Source: the human T2T-CHM13v2.0 reference genome, Homo sapiens. From it: a DNA stretch of 64,000 nucleotides. This document shows, in pieces, positions 1 to 16,289 of this stretch. Position numbers and translations under genes: made by a program. How positions within the stretch are numbered: the stretch's first letter is position 1; each line of letters begins with the position of its first letter. A model generated the notes under the pieces. The model was not told the origin of the DNA. It was given only the letters and a program-made list of their open reading frames with translations, and searched no databases. The stretch lies in the NCBI RefSeq assembly GCF_009914755.1, contig NC_060932.1; one strand, written 5' to 3'.

Positions 1-671
1 CTTACTGTCTGTCTTGAAAAGTTGATGTTATCATTTTTTATTGGTTCATCTTTTAGTCTTTCTACATGAGTAGTTTACACACCACAGTTATAATGTTATA
101 TTCTTTTTTTCTGTTATAGTGTTATAATATTCTTTTTTTCACTTACTATTGCCAGTGAGTTTTGTACCATCAGATAATTTTTTGTCTCATTAACCTCCTT
201 TTTAGTTGTGATTGAAGAACTCCCTTTAGCATTTCTTGTAAGGCAGGCCTGGTGTTGATGAAATCCTTCAGCTTTGTTTGTCTGGGAAAGTATATATCTC
301 CATGTTGGAAGTGTAATTTTCACCAAATATACTATTCTAGGGTAAGAAAAATTTCCTTCACCTCTTTAATATGTCATGCCACTCTCTCCTGGCCTGAAAG
401 ATTTCCACTGAAAAGTCTGCTGTCAAACACATTGGAGCTCCATTGTATGTTATTAGTTTCTTCCTTTTGTTGCTTTTAGGATTCTTTATGTATCTTTGAC
501 CATTGGGAGTTTGATTATTAAATGCCTTGATATAGACTTCTTTGGGTTAAATCTATTTAATGTTCTATAACCTTCTTTTACTTGATGTTTATATTCTTCT
601 CTAGGTTTGGGAAGTTCTCTGATATTATCCATGGGATAAACTTTCTACCCCTTTCTCTTCCTCCTCTTTAA

Positions 672-1172
<501 letters not shown>

Positions 1173-1617
1173 TTAGGGACAATAACTCTTAGCTTTGCCC
1201 TTTTGAGGCTATTTTCTAGATCTCACAGGTGTGCTTCATTGATTTCTATTATTTTTTCTTTTGTTTCCTCTGACTGTGTGTTTTCAAATAGTCTGTCTTC
1301 AAGTTCATTTAATCTTTCTTCTGCTTGATCCCTTCTGGTATTAAGAGACTCTGATGAATTCTTCAGCATGACATTTGCATTTTGAATTCTAGAATTTCTT
1401 TTTAATTCTTTTTAATTATTTGAATTTCTTTGTTAAATCTATCTGATAGAATTCTGAGATCCTTGTCTGTGTTGTCTTGAATTTCTTTGAGTTTCTTCAA
1501 CATAACTGTTTTGAATTATCTGTCTAAAAGGTCATATATTTTTGTTCTCCAGGATTGGTCTCTTTTAGTTCATTTGGTGAGGTCATATTTTGCTGTATGG
1601 TGTTGACGCTTGTAGAT

Positions 1618-1836
1618 CAAGCTTGTTCAACCCATGGCCTGTGGGCCACATGTGGCTCAGGATGGCTTTGAATGCAGCCCAACACAAATTTGTAAACTTT
1701 GTTAAAACATTATAAGTTTTTTGGGATTTATTTTTTAGATCATCAGCTATTGTTAGTGTTAGTGTATTTTATTTGTGGCTGAAGACAATTCTTTTTCCAA
1801 TGTGGCTCAGGGGAGCCAGAAGATTGGACACCCCTG
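1618..1836. mobile_element. MER30 hAT-Charlie MITE
   Basis: Ends CAAGCTTGTTCAA and TTGGACACCCCTG. Perfect 8-bp TSD TTGTAGAT at 1610-1617 and 1837-1844. Confidence 0.9.
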
Positions 1837-2316
1837 TTGTAGATGTTCTTTGGTGCCTTAACATTGAAGAATTAGGTATTTATTGTAGTCTTCACAGTCT
1901 GGGGTTGTTTGTACCTGTCCTTGGGAAGACGTTCCGGGAATTTGAAGGACTTGGTCCCCAAGCCCAATAATACTGTGGTTTTACAGACTTATAGAGATAC
2001 TGCCTTGGTGGTCTTGGACAAGATCTGAAAGAATTCTCTGGGTTACCAGGCAGGGCCTCTTTTCTTTTTTTTCCCTTACTTTCAACCAAACAGAGTCTCT
2101 CCCTTTGTGCTGAGCCTTCTGGAACTTGAGGTGTAGTGATGCAAGCACCCTTGTGGCCACCACCACTGGAACTGCACTGAGTCAGACCTGTAGACAGCAC
2201 AGCACTGGAACTTGCCCAAAGCTCTTCCCTTCAGAGTAGTGAATTTCCCCAGGCCCCACGTGTGTTCAGAGATGCTGTCTGGGAGCAAGGGATTGGAGTT
2301 TAAAACCTTAGAAGTT

Positions 2317-2620
<304 letters not shown>

Positions 2621-4737
2621 AACTTCAGAAGTTTACCTGATGTTCTATTTTACTGCAGCTAAGCTGGCACTCAAACCACAATACAAAGTCCTTTCCCCTC
2701 TTCCCTCTTCTTTCCACAGGCAAAGAAGCCTCTCCCTGTGGCCACTGCCATCCCTGGTCCATAGGGATTCTGCCAGCTCATCACTGATGTTAACTTAAAG
2801 CCCAAGGGCCCTTCTGTCAGGTTGTGGTGAATGCTGCCAGTTTTGTGATTCACCCTTCAAAGCAGTGGCTCACCTCTGGCTCAGAGTAGGTCTAGAAATG
2901 CTGTCCAAGAGCCTAGGTTGGACTCAGGGACCCCAAGAGCCTGCTTGGTTCTCTACTCCACCATAGCCAAGCTGCTACCTAGGGTGCAAGACAAAGTCCC
3001 CTTTACTTTTCCCTTTGCTCTTCTCAAACAGAAGGAGCCATTCACTGTAGTCACCACAGCTGGGAATGTAAAGAATCACCCCTGATGCCAGCACGTCTCA
3101 GAGCCCGAGGCCCATGGCATATTCCCTAGGTATCACTGCTGATTATTTGGGACTCAAAAGCTCTGTAGCCAGCAGGTGATGAGTCCTCCTTCCAGGACTA
3201 GGTCCTTCCCTTCAAGGCAGCAGGTTCTTTTTGGCCCAGGGTTTTAGAAATGTCATCCAGGAACTAGGGCCTGGAATGGGGACCTCATGACTCTGCCTGT
3301 TGCCTTATCCTACTGTGGCTGTATTAGTATCCAAGATGAAAGACAAAGTCCTGTTTACTCTCCTCTCTCCTCTCCTTAAGCAGATGGAAGGAGTCACTTT
3401 TGTTTCTGTAAGCAGCACTGCCTGTGGTTGGAGGAGGGATGGTACAAGCACTCTCTTAGCCACCCTGGTTGGTGTTTCCCTAGGTCATGTGCCACTCTGC
3501 TTCACTGGCTCTAAACGCAGCCTAGGAATTGCAGTTCTCAACTTGACTGCCTTTCAAGTTTACCTATAGGACCCCAGAGCACTTCAGCCTGTGATGGCAT
3601 GGTGGTGAAGCATGCCAAGAAACTCAAGTTCTGACCACTGGGATGGATGAGTTCCCTTTGGCTAGGTCTGATCCAATGCTCCCTCCATACAGGGGTGCTG
3701 GCTGAGACCAGCACAGCTTTATTCCCTTCTGTGAAGGGGCAGCACTGAGTTCAATGTAAGGTTCCTCAACCACTGTACTGTCCCGCCCCAAAGTGCAGAT
3801 TCTCTTTCTGCTGCCAGGAAATAGGGAAAGGGTGGTGCCAGCCATTCAAGACTGTCTCTCCTGCCCTCCTTAATGTCTGCTATAGCAATATGAAGTTAAA
3901 ACCAGGTACTGTGATTACTCACCTAATTTTTGGTTCTTGTGACAGTGCTTTTCTGCATCCAGATAGTTGTTAAAATTTGGTGTTCCAGCAGGGGTGTGGG
4001 AGGATGAACGATGAACAGTGTGGGCTTCTATTCCACCATCTTGCTCCTGCCTGTCCTATTTATTTCTTGATGTCCTGCCTAGTTATTATATTCATTGTTG
4101 AAAGTGGCATATTGAAATCTACAGCTATTACTGAATTGTTCATTTCTCCCTTTAATTATGTCAGTTTATGCTTCATATATTTTGTAGCTCTGTTTAAGTC
4201 CATATGTACTTAGACCTTTTATAATTTGAAAAGTCCTTTATATTTAGTAACTTTTAAACTTCAGATTCTATTATGATGTATATTAGTATAGCCACACCAA
4301 CTTTCTTATGGTTGCTATTTAGATGAGGTATATATTTTTTCACTTTCTTTACTTTAAAACTTTTTGTGTCCTTGAATCTAAAATGTGTTCCTACAGATGA
4401 TGTATAGTTGGATCTTGTTTTTGTATCTAGTATGAGAAAATCTGACCTTCAATTGTATTGTTTATCCTTTTACACTTTTACACTTAATGTTATTATTGAT
4501 GTGGATGGAGTTAAGTCTGTCATATTACTCTTTGGTTTCTATATGCCTCATGTCATTTTTGTTGTTCTGTTTTACCTTTACTGCTTTCCTTTGCATTAAG
4601 TGAATAATTTCTAGTATAACAATATAATTCCTTCATTAAATTGTTTCCTATTTTTTAAAAGTTATTTTCTTAGTTGTTGCTCTAGGGATTACAATATGTA
4701 TCTTAATTTATCAAAATCTACTTAAACTACATACTAT

Positions 4738-5135
4738 TGTTAAAAGAAAAACTTTTAGCTGAATTAAATTTAAAGAAGTTTAATTGATCAAAGAAAAATT
4801 CACAAATCAGATAGCCTCCCAAGCCAGAATAGGCTCAGAAACCCCAATGAAGCCACATGGTAGAAGTTTTATGGTCAGAAGAAAAAAGTGATGTACAGAA
4901 AACAAAAGTGAGGTAAAGAAAAAGTTGGATGAGTTACAGTTTGGTGTTTGCCTTATTTGAACATGGTTTGAACAGTTGGCCACCTTTGATTGGCCAAAAC
5001 TCGGTAATTGGCACAAGAGTAAACTACAGTCTGTATCCAACTCCATTTAGGTTATAGTTCACAATGTACAGAGAAACCTTTAGGCCAAACTTAAAATATG
5101 TAAGGAGGCAGCTTTAGGCTAAACTTGATTTAACA
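4738..5135 (-). mobile_element. MER57-family ERV1 solo LTR
   Basis: TGTTAAA...TTTAACA termini, ~400 bp. Reverse complement begins TGTTAAATCAAGTTTAGCCTAAAGCTGCCTCC. Near-TSD ctat/ctct. Confidence 0.85.
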
Positions 5136-6826
5136 CTCTCTTAATTCCAGAGAGAAATAGAAATGTTATTTTTATATCATTCTATTTTTCCCCTTTTTGG
5201 GGCTATTATTGTTATAGATAGTATACCTATATGTGTTACACATCCAAAAGTATATTGTTATAATTATTACATTATATATTTGCATATATTTTTAAAAAGC
5301 TGAGATAAGAGAGTAAGTACACATTTATAGAGTTTGTTATATTAATGTTACTATGCTACATACCATTTCTGATTCTCTTCATTTCTTCCTCCGAATTTAA
5401 GTTACCATCTGGTGACATTTTCCTACTCCAATACAACTTTATACTCATCTGCTTTCTTTGTGCTGTTATTGTCATACATTAGATTTCTATATGTTATAGT
5501 CCCAATAGCAGAAGTACATTCATATTATTTTATAGAACTGCTTTTTAAGGCAGGGAAGAAAAGAAACTTGAGGAAATGTTAAATTCAATGTATTTTATAA
5601 CTACCTATGTAATTAACTTTACTGATGCTTTTGTTTTGTTCGTGTGGTAATCATGTGATATCACTTGCTTTCAGCCTAAATAATTTCCTCTGGTGTCTCT
5701 GGTAAGGCAAGTCTGTTAGCAAAGATCCTATCAGGTTTTTTGTTTGTTCATTTCTGACAGTGATTTATTTTACGTTAATTTTTGAAAGATAGTTTTTTTG
5801 GATATGAGACTTATGATTGACAGTATTTTTCTTTGAGATTTTAGATATGTCTTTCCACCATCTTCTGGCCTCCATGGTTTTAAATGAGAAATTAGCTATT
5901 AGTATTACTTAGGATCCATTGTACACCATGAATCACTTCTATCTTGCTTTTTCCAAGATGATCTCTTTCTTTTTACAACTCAGTTTGAGCATATTTGTCT
6001 CATTGTGGCTCTCCTTAACTTTATCCTTCTTAGAGTTTGTTGGGCTTCTTGGATGTGTAAATTTATGTTTTTCATTACATTTGGGAAGTTTTTCAGTGAT
6101 TATTTCCTCATCTTTTTTTTTTTTTTTTGCTTTATTCGGTATTCTCATTATGTGTATGATGGTATGCTTAGTGGTGTTCCACATTTCTCTGAGGCTCTGT
6201 TAATTTCCCTTCATTCTCTTTTCTCTCTATTCTTTCAATTGCATAATCTCTCTATCAACCTATCTTCAAGCATGCTAATTATTTCTTCTGCAAGTTCTAA
6301 TTATCTTTGAGCTTATCTAGTAATTCATTTCAGTTATTGTGCTTTCAACTCTATAATGTTCACTTGTTTCTTTTTAAAATAATTTCTGTCTCTGTATTAA
6401 CATTCTCTATTTGATAAGACAGTGTCATCTTACTTTCCTTCATTTGTTCAAGGCATTATTTCTTTAGTTCTTTGAATGTATTTATAAGATGCTTTAAAGT
6501 CTTTGTCTTCTAAGTCTGACATCTGAGCCCTCTCAGAGGCAGTTTCTGTTGCCTGCCTTTTCTCCGTGTATAGGTCACACTTTCCTGTTTCTTTATATGT
6601 TTCCTACCTTTTTATTGAAAACTGAACATTTTAGATACTATACCTCTGAATACAGACCCACTCCTGCCCTCAACTTGTTGCTTGCTTATTCGTTTAGTGA
6701 CTTCACTGCACTATTTCAATGAATTCTATTTTTCCTTCAGTGTAAAGCCTCTGCAGTTGCTTTTCAAATGATACAACTTTGGAAATGTAAATAATTGCCA
6801 TAAGATGAAGGTGGTTGTAGAAGTGA

Positions 6827-7395
<569 letters not shown>

Positions 7396-9459
7396 TAGCT
7401 GACTCTTTCTAGCATAGATCAACCAACCTCTTAACTTCTTATCACCAAAATCTTCATTGTTTTTGATAGCATCCTTTAGACTTGAAATTTTCCAAATAAA
7501 ATCAGTTCTCTTGGAGATAGCTACCAAGATCTGTGTTCTTAAGTTCTCCCTCTCCCATAGACAAAACATCTTTGCCACTGTTCCAAAGCTGGGCATCAGG
7601 AGAGCAGCCCACTTCTCTCGAGATGACACCACTATTTTATGAGTGGGGTGCTCGGCAAAAGCAATAGCCACTTGTCTTCTCAGATTGTGTCTTCTGGCAT
7701 AAAATTTCTGCCCAATAAGCCAGTTTGGGTGGAGGTAATGGGGGCCCAGTATTCTTTGCCTGCTATACTTTGGATACAACTTTTAGTCTCCAACTGGGGA
7801 GTGGGTAGTGAAGGAAACCACAGACATCTCAACCACTCTTGCCTGGAAGAGAGTTTCTACAACATTGAGCTGGGGGTAATGAGTATTAACATCTTGCCTC
7901 CTTTCACCTTGAGAGAAATCAAAGCTCTAGGTATGAATTTGAACAGATAGAGAGCTTTGTCTTTTTTGCAACAACTGCCAGGAGTAAAAACTTATTTTCA
8001 CTGAATTGGGGGTGAGAAGAAGGTCATACTTCAAATTCCACAAATTCTCACTGTTCTTACCAAAATTTTATTTTATTAGACTTTCTGAAATAAATATTTT
8101 TCTATTTATGTATGCCCTTAGGACAATTTCAGAGATTGTAGATGGAGATATTTATCTAAATGAGAATTCACATTAGATATTCACCTACCTAAGTGAGACT
8201 CCATATTCTTATTTAGATGGAGAACATTATGTATAATTATATATATATAATTTTCACCAGTTTTGGTTGTTGCACTAGGAAGAAAGTTCATGCAGCAGCT
8301 CCTTTCACTGCCCACTACCACTCCAGAAGTACGTCCTCAGCCTTAATCTGTCTTGTATCACAATAGCTCTTATTTTTTTAAAAAACGAGAAAAACCATCC
8401 TTCCCTTGAAAGTCAAAGAATTAAGTATTCAGAAATACAATTACCTACTCTTTGTTTCTGACAGGAGAGAGAAGATATCCTGTATTTCACACTAGGCAAG
8501 ATCTCTCTTGTTTGACAACAGAGTAACAGAGAAAAGTCCTTTATGCCTTTCCAAATGAGAAAGTAAATAAATGAATAAGACAAAAAATGATTATGCCTTC
8601 TTATAAAATGCTGGTTGGCTGTCCTTATGCATATATTTTCTGAAGAAATGCAACAGAACAAGAGATAAACTCCACCCCCCAAAACAACCTCAGGAAAAAT
8701 ACAACGCTCAGGTTGTGAATGATATCTACTCAGTTTGCGTCTAATGGTAGAGAACCTGTCTCAAGCGGAATTGCAAGGATCATTTGAGTATCTAATGTGA
8801 AGTGTTTTAGATTTTCCAGTCAGGCGAATAGGGCCTCCTACTTGTGGTCAAGAGTCTTGTTTTGTGGCAGTATTTCACAGGAAGCAGAGAATTAACGGGA
8901 CAGGAATTAAATCATAATGATGATGTGTGTTCTCATACATTTGCTAAGAGGGATGATAATGGACCAGACTAAGTGATGCAGCACTTCCAGAGGAAACACT
9001 TTTTGTCCAAGGAGAAAGAAAAATAACAGCACAAATCCAAAGGACCTCTAGCGACACAAGTACCTGTTATGCTTCTTTTTATAGAAGACCACAAAAATTT
9101 AACTAAGCAAAATATTTAACAAAGTAACCATTTTGCTTTTCCACCAGAATTCCATGGGGGCTAATTTTTGAGAAAAGGGGTGGAAATTCTTCAGAGGGAA
9201 GGATAGGCAATGCCTCTCATGTGGCTTCCCAAGGGTGGGAGAGTCATATAGTCATGTTTTTGAAATGCACATGTGGGTGTGGTGGATTAGGAGAGGATAA
9301 AGGCTCTCAGAAGTGAAACATGAGTTGAGACAGCTGGGTAGCAGTGAGTGAACTGATTTTTCACAACTGCAAGAAATATAATATCTTGGAAAGAGGTAGA
9401 TTTAAAAAGAATTTAAGAAGCTTTCTATATAATTCATTGCAGAAGACCTTGTACCTTTC

Positions 9460-10090
9460 TGATTAGTCAGAATTCACTCATGAAAATGGAAACCACACTA
9501 GTTATTTTATCAGAGACAATTTAATATAAGAAATTGGTTACACAATTGTATGTTAAGCATTGGTTAGGTATTGGAGGGCTGGCAAGGCAAAATGAGAACA
9601 CTGAAGCAACACAGAGATAGTAACTTCAGAAAGCAGCTGCCATCCCTAGGTCTGTCTATCCCAAAAAGAGGGTGGCTGGGATTATCAGAACCTACAACGC
9701 TGAAGGAGGGGCCTCAGGGATCTGACCTGAGCTGGGCCTCAGATCTCTGAAGAGGTGGGCACTACTCAGCTTGTGCTCATATCTTACTATCAGTTGGTTA
9801 GTTCTGAGAGTGGCAGAAGAATCTGAAAACTAAAACCAACTATTTCTGGAAATAATGGGGACAGCCATTTGTGGCATGACACTTACAATAATAGCAAGCA
9901 AATAGAAAGGAGCAAGTTTTTCTTCCCCCTCCTGTCTTTCATTTTCCCTCCAGTGCTCAACACTTGGCCAAACTTAACAGGAACCAGATGGCAAAAAAGA
10001 AATGCAATTTGCAGAGTATCAGCCCCAGCACTACAAGCCAACTAGAGAAGATGTGCTAGAACTGAGAGACAACTGCTTAATTACTGACCC
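9460..10090 (-). mobile_element. Old ERVL-class LTR, subfamily uncertain
   Basis: Starts tgattagtcag...gaaaccacactagttatttt...atttaatataagaaattggtta, typical of antisense ERVL/MaLR LTR ends. Confidence 0.55.
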
Positions 10091-10184
10091 GTTCCCATTA
10101 ATAGGCCTGTGGTAATGATCATTATTTTTCTCACATGCTTTCCGAAATCAGATTTGCGTGATTCCAGGATGTGTTAATGATCAG

Positions 10185-10888
10185 TGTTGGGGCTCAGAAA
10201 ACAATACTCCAAAATATAGCACTTTGACCTGCCGAACCTCAAGGTATCTTTCCCTGTCTCCGTCTCTCTGATCCTCTTTCTTTTCCAAAGTTTTGGAAGG
10301 GTCTTTCTCTGAAACTTTTTTTTTATCTGACTGAGAAAACTTTTAAAAGAAATGCTATTGTCTTAAATGCCCTACTTAGGAATCTCATCAAACAACCAGG
10401 AAAGACTCACCACCAGAGAAGAGAAGAGGCTGAAACTCATCACCACTCCCAGACAGAATTTTCATCTATTCTTCTGGGGGCAGCTCCAAGAGATTGCCTG
10501 GGGGACTGTATCTCCGTAATAAGACAACCTTTGTTCACCATGCAGTTCCACCCCTCACATTCCTATTGTTTGTCCTTTCCATTCCGCTCCATTCAGTGTC
10601 CAAACAGAATTATTTACAAACCATTATCCACTCCTGGAGATGGAGGGGGCCCCATTCCCCACTCCCCCACTCCCGCCCCAACTTTCCTCTCCCTAATGAA
10701 GAAGGTAGTTAAGCATCAATCGTCTAACCATTTCTTTGAATTTTCATATTTTTGTATGGCTCTCATACTTATTCACATTCATAAATTTGTTGTGCTTTTC
10801 TCTTGTTAACCAGTCTTTCTTTATAGGGGTATCAGCTGTGAGCCTTTATGATGGGGAAGAAAAGAACCACCCACTTTCCACTCCTACA
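10185..10888 (+). mobile_element. MER39-like ERV1 solo LTR
   Basis: TGTTGGGGCTCAGAAAAC...CCTACA termini; perfect 4-bp TSD TCAG (10181-10184, 10889-10892). Confidence 0.8.
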
Positions 10889-11563
10889 TCAGACAGATCT
10901 CAAGATATCTAGCCATTAAAATTTTAAGGAAAGGTTAACACCTCTACACCCTGCATCTTACCTGACTAAAACACAAAAAACTTCTGAATACAGTATATTT
11001 AGTATTATATGATTAAATACCATAATTCCTGCTCAGTGGTGGTACATAATTATTTACCTGGAAAGGCACATGATCAAATGCAATGCTTATTTCTTCTCCT
11101 AACAGTAGCCTTCTTCCCTCATAATGTATGTGCTTCTCTGTAAACTGACTAGCTTAAATTCAGGAGGACATGAATATGAGGATTATAGTGAACTCTCTCT
11201 CCCATAAATTTTAGAGTACACATCTGAATACTTACAACAAGCTACACCTTGATGCAGGGATTTTGTTCTCTATTAGGGTTTTTCAAAGTACCATACAGCT
11301 ATCACTGGTGGTTCATAATAATATTTTACATAGTGCCAAGATGATACTTCGGCCTCGCTTGCTGGGTGCTGATTGGAGCCTCAGCATGCACAGTTCAGTC
11401 ACAAGACGGCTGTCTCTGAAGCCTGCTTGTACCTTGTTTGACTCTCCTCTTCTGTCTGCTTCCTTTCCTTGGAATGTTTTAGCGACTCTGGCTTACCTCC
11501 CTGCAGCTTCTTTGGCCCCTGCCTATCCCACAACTCTCATTTCAGCAATCCGTCATTTACTTC

Positions 11564-12259
11564 TAAAATCGTCTTTGCAAAATTATGACAGTAAGATAAA
11601 TCCAATATGGCTGACTCCATCTTGCTTCTAGCCTCACAGGCTGGCTATCTTTGCTCATTCCGGGATGTGAGCCAAGCTAACTTTGGGAGAAATTTAGTTT
11701 ACAGTTTAAATGATAATAGCCCTTTCTAAAAACTAAACTGTTCTCTTAAAACTAATGAAAGGCCACCAAGTTAAGATGATGAGAGAGGATTGCATTCTAA
11801 ATAATTACCAGCCATTATTTTGGAGGTCATAAGATTAGCAGTTTTCCCAATTTATCTTGCAGATAACATCACTATCATAGAACCTAAGATTAGGCTTTTG
11901 AGATATATTTTCAGGTTTTTGCATTTCTGACAAATGGATACCCTCATCTGGACCCACCAACCAGTCCTGTGGCCTTCACCTGAAAACTGAATCAGCACAA
12001 GAGGATAACTTCAATTCCCTATGATTTCATCTCAGATCCAACCAATGAGCATGCCTCCTACCCCAAACCCCTGCCCACCAAACTATCTTTGAAAAACCCC
12101 TAACCTCCAAGCCTTCAGGGAGGTTGATTTGAGTAATAACTTCATCTCCCGCAGAGCGTGGCTGGCTTCACATAAACTCTTTCTTCACTGCAATGCCATG
12201 GTTTCAGTGAGTTGATTTTGTTTGTGCAGTGGGCAGGAAAAACCCCTCAGGCAGTTATA
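11564..12259 (+). mobile_element. LTR8A-like ERV1 solo LTR
   Basis: Body matches recalled LTR8A (ggctgactccatcttgcttctagcctcacaggctggct...); TSD CTTC at 11560-11563 and 12260-12263. Confidence 0.85.
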
Positions 12260-12808
12260 CTTCCTTTCCTTAATTATCTCAGTTTCTCAACTTGGGCCTC
12301 AGCTGCTTCTTTGCACTCTCTCTTTTTTGACAAATAGCTATTCTGCCTGATTTTTAGTCCATGCACTCTCATTTCTCCATCCTCACCCCTACTCCCTTGT
12401 AAGTCCACACAGCCTCAACCTCCTCTGAGTCTTCAGAGTTCCTTCCTTGGCTATGGCTTCAGTATCTCTCTATTGAGCTCAGATCCACCATCCTCCAGTT
12501 TTGTCTCTTCTTTTTCTTATCCATTTATGTAATTTTTATTTTCTAATTTGTCTCTTCCAGATGTTGATCAGATAACTGAGGTCCAACTGCTTCTTTCCTC
12601 CTTCTCTTACCATGTTCCTCTTGTATTTAAAGCTTTGAAGTGTAGACAGCCAGCCCCAGACCACTTCTCTTGACTCAATTTCAACATCCCAAATCTCATT
12701 CCTTTATCTCTGAGAGCAATTATTTTATCTGTGGCTGTAATCCTTTCTATTTTTAATCCTTTTTTTAAAAAAAAAAATTTAAACTAAATTTCATTAAGAA
12801 TAAAAATG

Positions 12809-13120
<312 letters not shown>

Positions 13121-14614
13121 TTAAAATTGTCAAACTAGAAGCAAAGATGTATACAGAGGATTTACGTTTGGAACAGTCTCACTAAATGGCTTCAGATGAT
13201 TAAAAGGAAGAGTAAGTGGCTTTCTGTTCCCACAGACGGGCTCTAATGAGAATCACACTGCTTTCCAGGTTCTAAGTAAGGTGTGATTTGAGAAAGTAAA
13301 TGATCTCAGGGAAAGCATGATTACAGAGCTTTGATATAGTTGTTGATGGCATTGGTGATATTTACAGTTTGTGTGAACTTACTTCAGGGACAAGAGGAAG
13401 CTGGAAGCACTGAGCCTTGAGGGTATGTAGGACACAGTGAGGAGGCAGAAGAGGCTGCTGTCAAGAGTACTGCAGAGACTCCTCATAATGGATGCATAGA
13501 TTGAATAGAGTCAGTAGAGAGAAATACTCATACAGTGCAGAAGTACTAGAACTAGCCCAGAATACAGATCAGAACAGGAAGGCTGAGGACGGTGGGAGGA
13601 GGTGCTACCTGGAGAGCTACTCTGAAGTACTGAAAGGTAATTGGAGGTACTTCTTGACTGCTGCAGTTCCAGCCTTCCTGCAGATGGAAAGGAGCTTTTA
13701 GGAGTGGAGCTCGTACATTTAGTGCTACCAAATATAGCAATTTTGGTAACTGCCAAAAGAAGCAAAGTATTTAGGAAAATCCCACCGAATATTAGTAGCC
13801 TTTGTCACTCAGTCAGTGATTTCCTGAGTGAAACAACTGTTTGCTTTGTTAAGGTTCCAAGGTGCTTTACAGAAGTGGAGAAAATGATGAGGCAGAGTTT
13901 ATAGTATTGTGATTCATGCAATGTTGAGTACGAAGTAATTCAACAGTAACCTCCTGAAAAACAACTGAAATGCCCAGATATTTAATAGAATTATGCAGGA
14001 AGTGCCAGGACATTGAACAGAGCTCTCAAGTGAAGCTATTGTAAAATTTCACTTCCTTCCTCCTTTGGCTTTCTAACTCCCATGCTCTCCCAGAATGAGA
14101 GCTCTGGAAGATTTTGACTTCTTCCTTCTCTCTTTCCCTTCACCCCTACATCAAGATTTTGTTTCAGAAAATCTAATACTTTCATCTCTAGACTATTATC
14201 AAAAATTCCATGTCAGTATAGAGCTACTAACACATGTTACCCATTTCCAGACATTTAGATTAACTCTATATAATAAACTAAGTTTTTTGATCAGCACCTT
14301 CTCAATTCTTCTGTTATGAAGTTTTGGTTCTGGTGTTTTGTTTGTTTGTTTAGGTTGGTGTCCTTTCTTCATTATTCTCCCTGGGAAGCATACCTAATGG
14401 TATATTTGGACCTCTAAAATTCATAAATATCCTACTTTCACCCTCACTGGCAAGTGATATGTTGGTTGGGTTTAGTCTTTTCTCACAGTACTAAGAGATG
14501 TTATTTTACCATTTTTCTAGCTTCAAAGGTTGTAAATGAGAAGTCCGATGTTACTATGATTCCTTTTTGTTTATGAATAACTTGCCATCTGCAAGATTTT
14601 TCTCTTTTTCTTGA

Positions 14615-14941
<327 letters not shown>

Positions 14942-15086
14942 TTGCTTTGTTCTTTTATATTAAATTTCTTTTTGATCTTCCAGGCATTAATTTGTCTGTC
15001 AACAGTGATCACCCATTCTTCAAACTTATCCGAATGTGGTTACACTGAGATATTACATTTTCTTTAGTTAGACTCAACTCTACCTG

Positions 15087-15090
<4 letters not shown>

Positions 15091-15124
<34 letters not shown>
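15091..15124. repeat. (TTA)n microsatellite
   Basis: About 11 TTA units read directly. Confidence 0.95.
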
Positions 15125-15125
<1 letters not shown>

Positions 15126-15594
15126 TGTTCCAGTAGCCATTGGTTTCTTTCCAGATAGTATTTCACTACACGTGGGCTTTGTATATTCTTACCAATTTTT
15201 TGGCTCTGGCTGCTGGGCCTCCTCAGACTGATTGTTATTTCTCTTTGCTGGATCACTGGAGCTCACATCTAGTGGATAAACTACCCTCCATGTCAACCGT
15301 CCCACAAGAGGTAAAAGTTGTCATGTTCTTTCCTCTTATTTTCTGAGGAGTTAGAACAAGATTGGACCTACTTTCCAAACTATGCTTCTGAAAAAAGTCT
15401 CCCAATTCTCCGGGTTTCTCATACTCTTCTGTGTTTATCTTCACTGGGCCTGAGTTCCCTGGTTCTCCTCTTTCTTGGCTTTTGGGGGCCAAGGAGACCA
15501 GGTATACAGCCAGTGTCTAGTTTTCTTCAAGGGCCCAAGCTGTTATCAGCCACGTTCTTTCCAGAGTACGCTGCTTTACCATCCTTGGCCATTA

Positions 15595-16100
15595 GATTAG
15601 TTATTTATCGCTGCATTATGTTATTACCACAAATTTAGCAGCTTAAAACAACATGCATTTATTTTCTCATAGTTTCTGTTGGGCAGAAATCCAACAGGGT
15701 TCTTTGCAAGATTATAATTAAGGTGTCCACCAAGTGTGGGTTTTCATCTGGGTTCAACTTCGGTAAGACCTTCCAAGCCCCCTCGTTTGTTGGTGGCATT
15801 CCATTCCTCACAGGCTGCCAAACTGAGGTTCTCAGTTTCTAGCTATATGACTGTCTATCTCTATGGCAGTTTACACATGGTAGGTTGCTTCATTAAAGCC
15901 AGTGAGTAAGGGAAAGGGCCTCCTCTCAAGGTGGGTATTACAATTTTATGTAATGTGGTCACATACATCCTTCCACGTTTTCCGTAATCTAGAGCTAGAA
16001 ACAAGTCACAGGTCCTGCCCGCATTCAAGGGAAGGAAATCACCCAGAGGCATGAACACTATGCCCAGGAGTCATGGAAGATGCCCTAAAATCTGCCCACC
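15595..16100 (-). mobile_element. MLT1 (MaLR) LTR
   Basis: attaccacaaatttagcagcttaaaacaac...tttattttctcatagtttctg...caagtcacaggtcctgcccgcattcaaggg, characteristic of MLT1. Confidence 0.8.
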
Positions 16101-16289
16101 ATGGACATCTATCCTGAGAAGGAGAAAAGCCACTCCAGTTTCCTCTGTTTGGACTACCTTGGGTACTGAGAAACCTATGTCTCATAGACCCTATCACCAT
16201 TTAATTAGAAGAGTTTTGAAGAATGGGGCTGATACGGAGATGAAGAGAACAGCATTCAGGTAGCCATCTTCCTAGAATTCTTACTCTTA

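Noticed and set aside
13150-14000. Purine-rich unassigned segment, considered as a second pseudogene or LTR
   Set aside because: No protein similarity, termini or TSD recognisable by eye; needs a Dfam/BLAST search.
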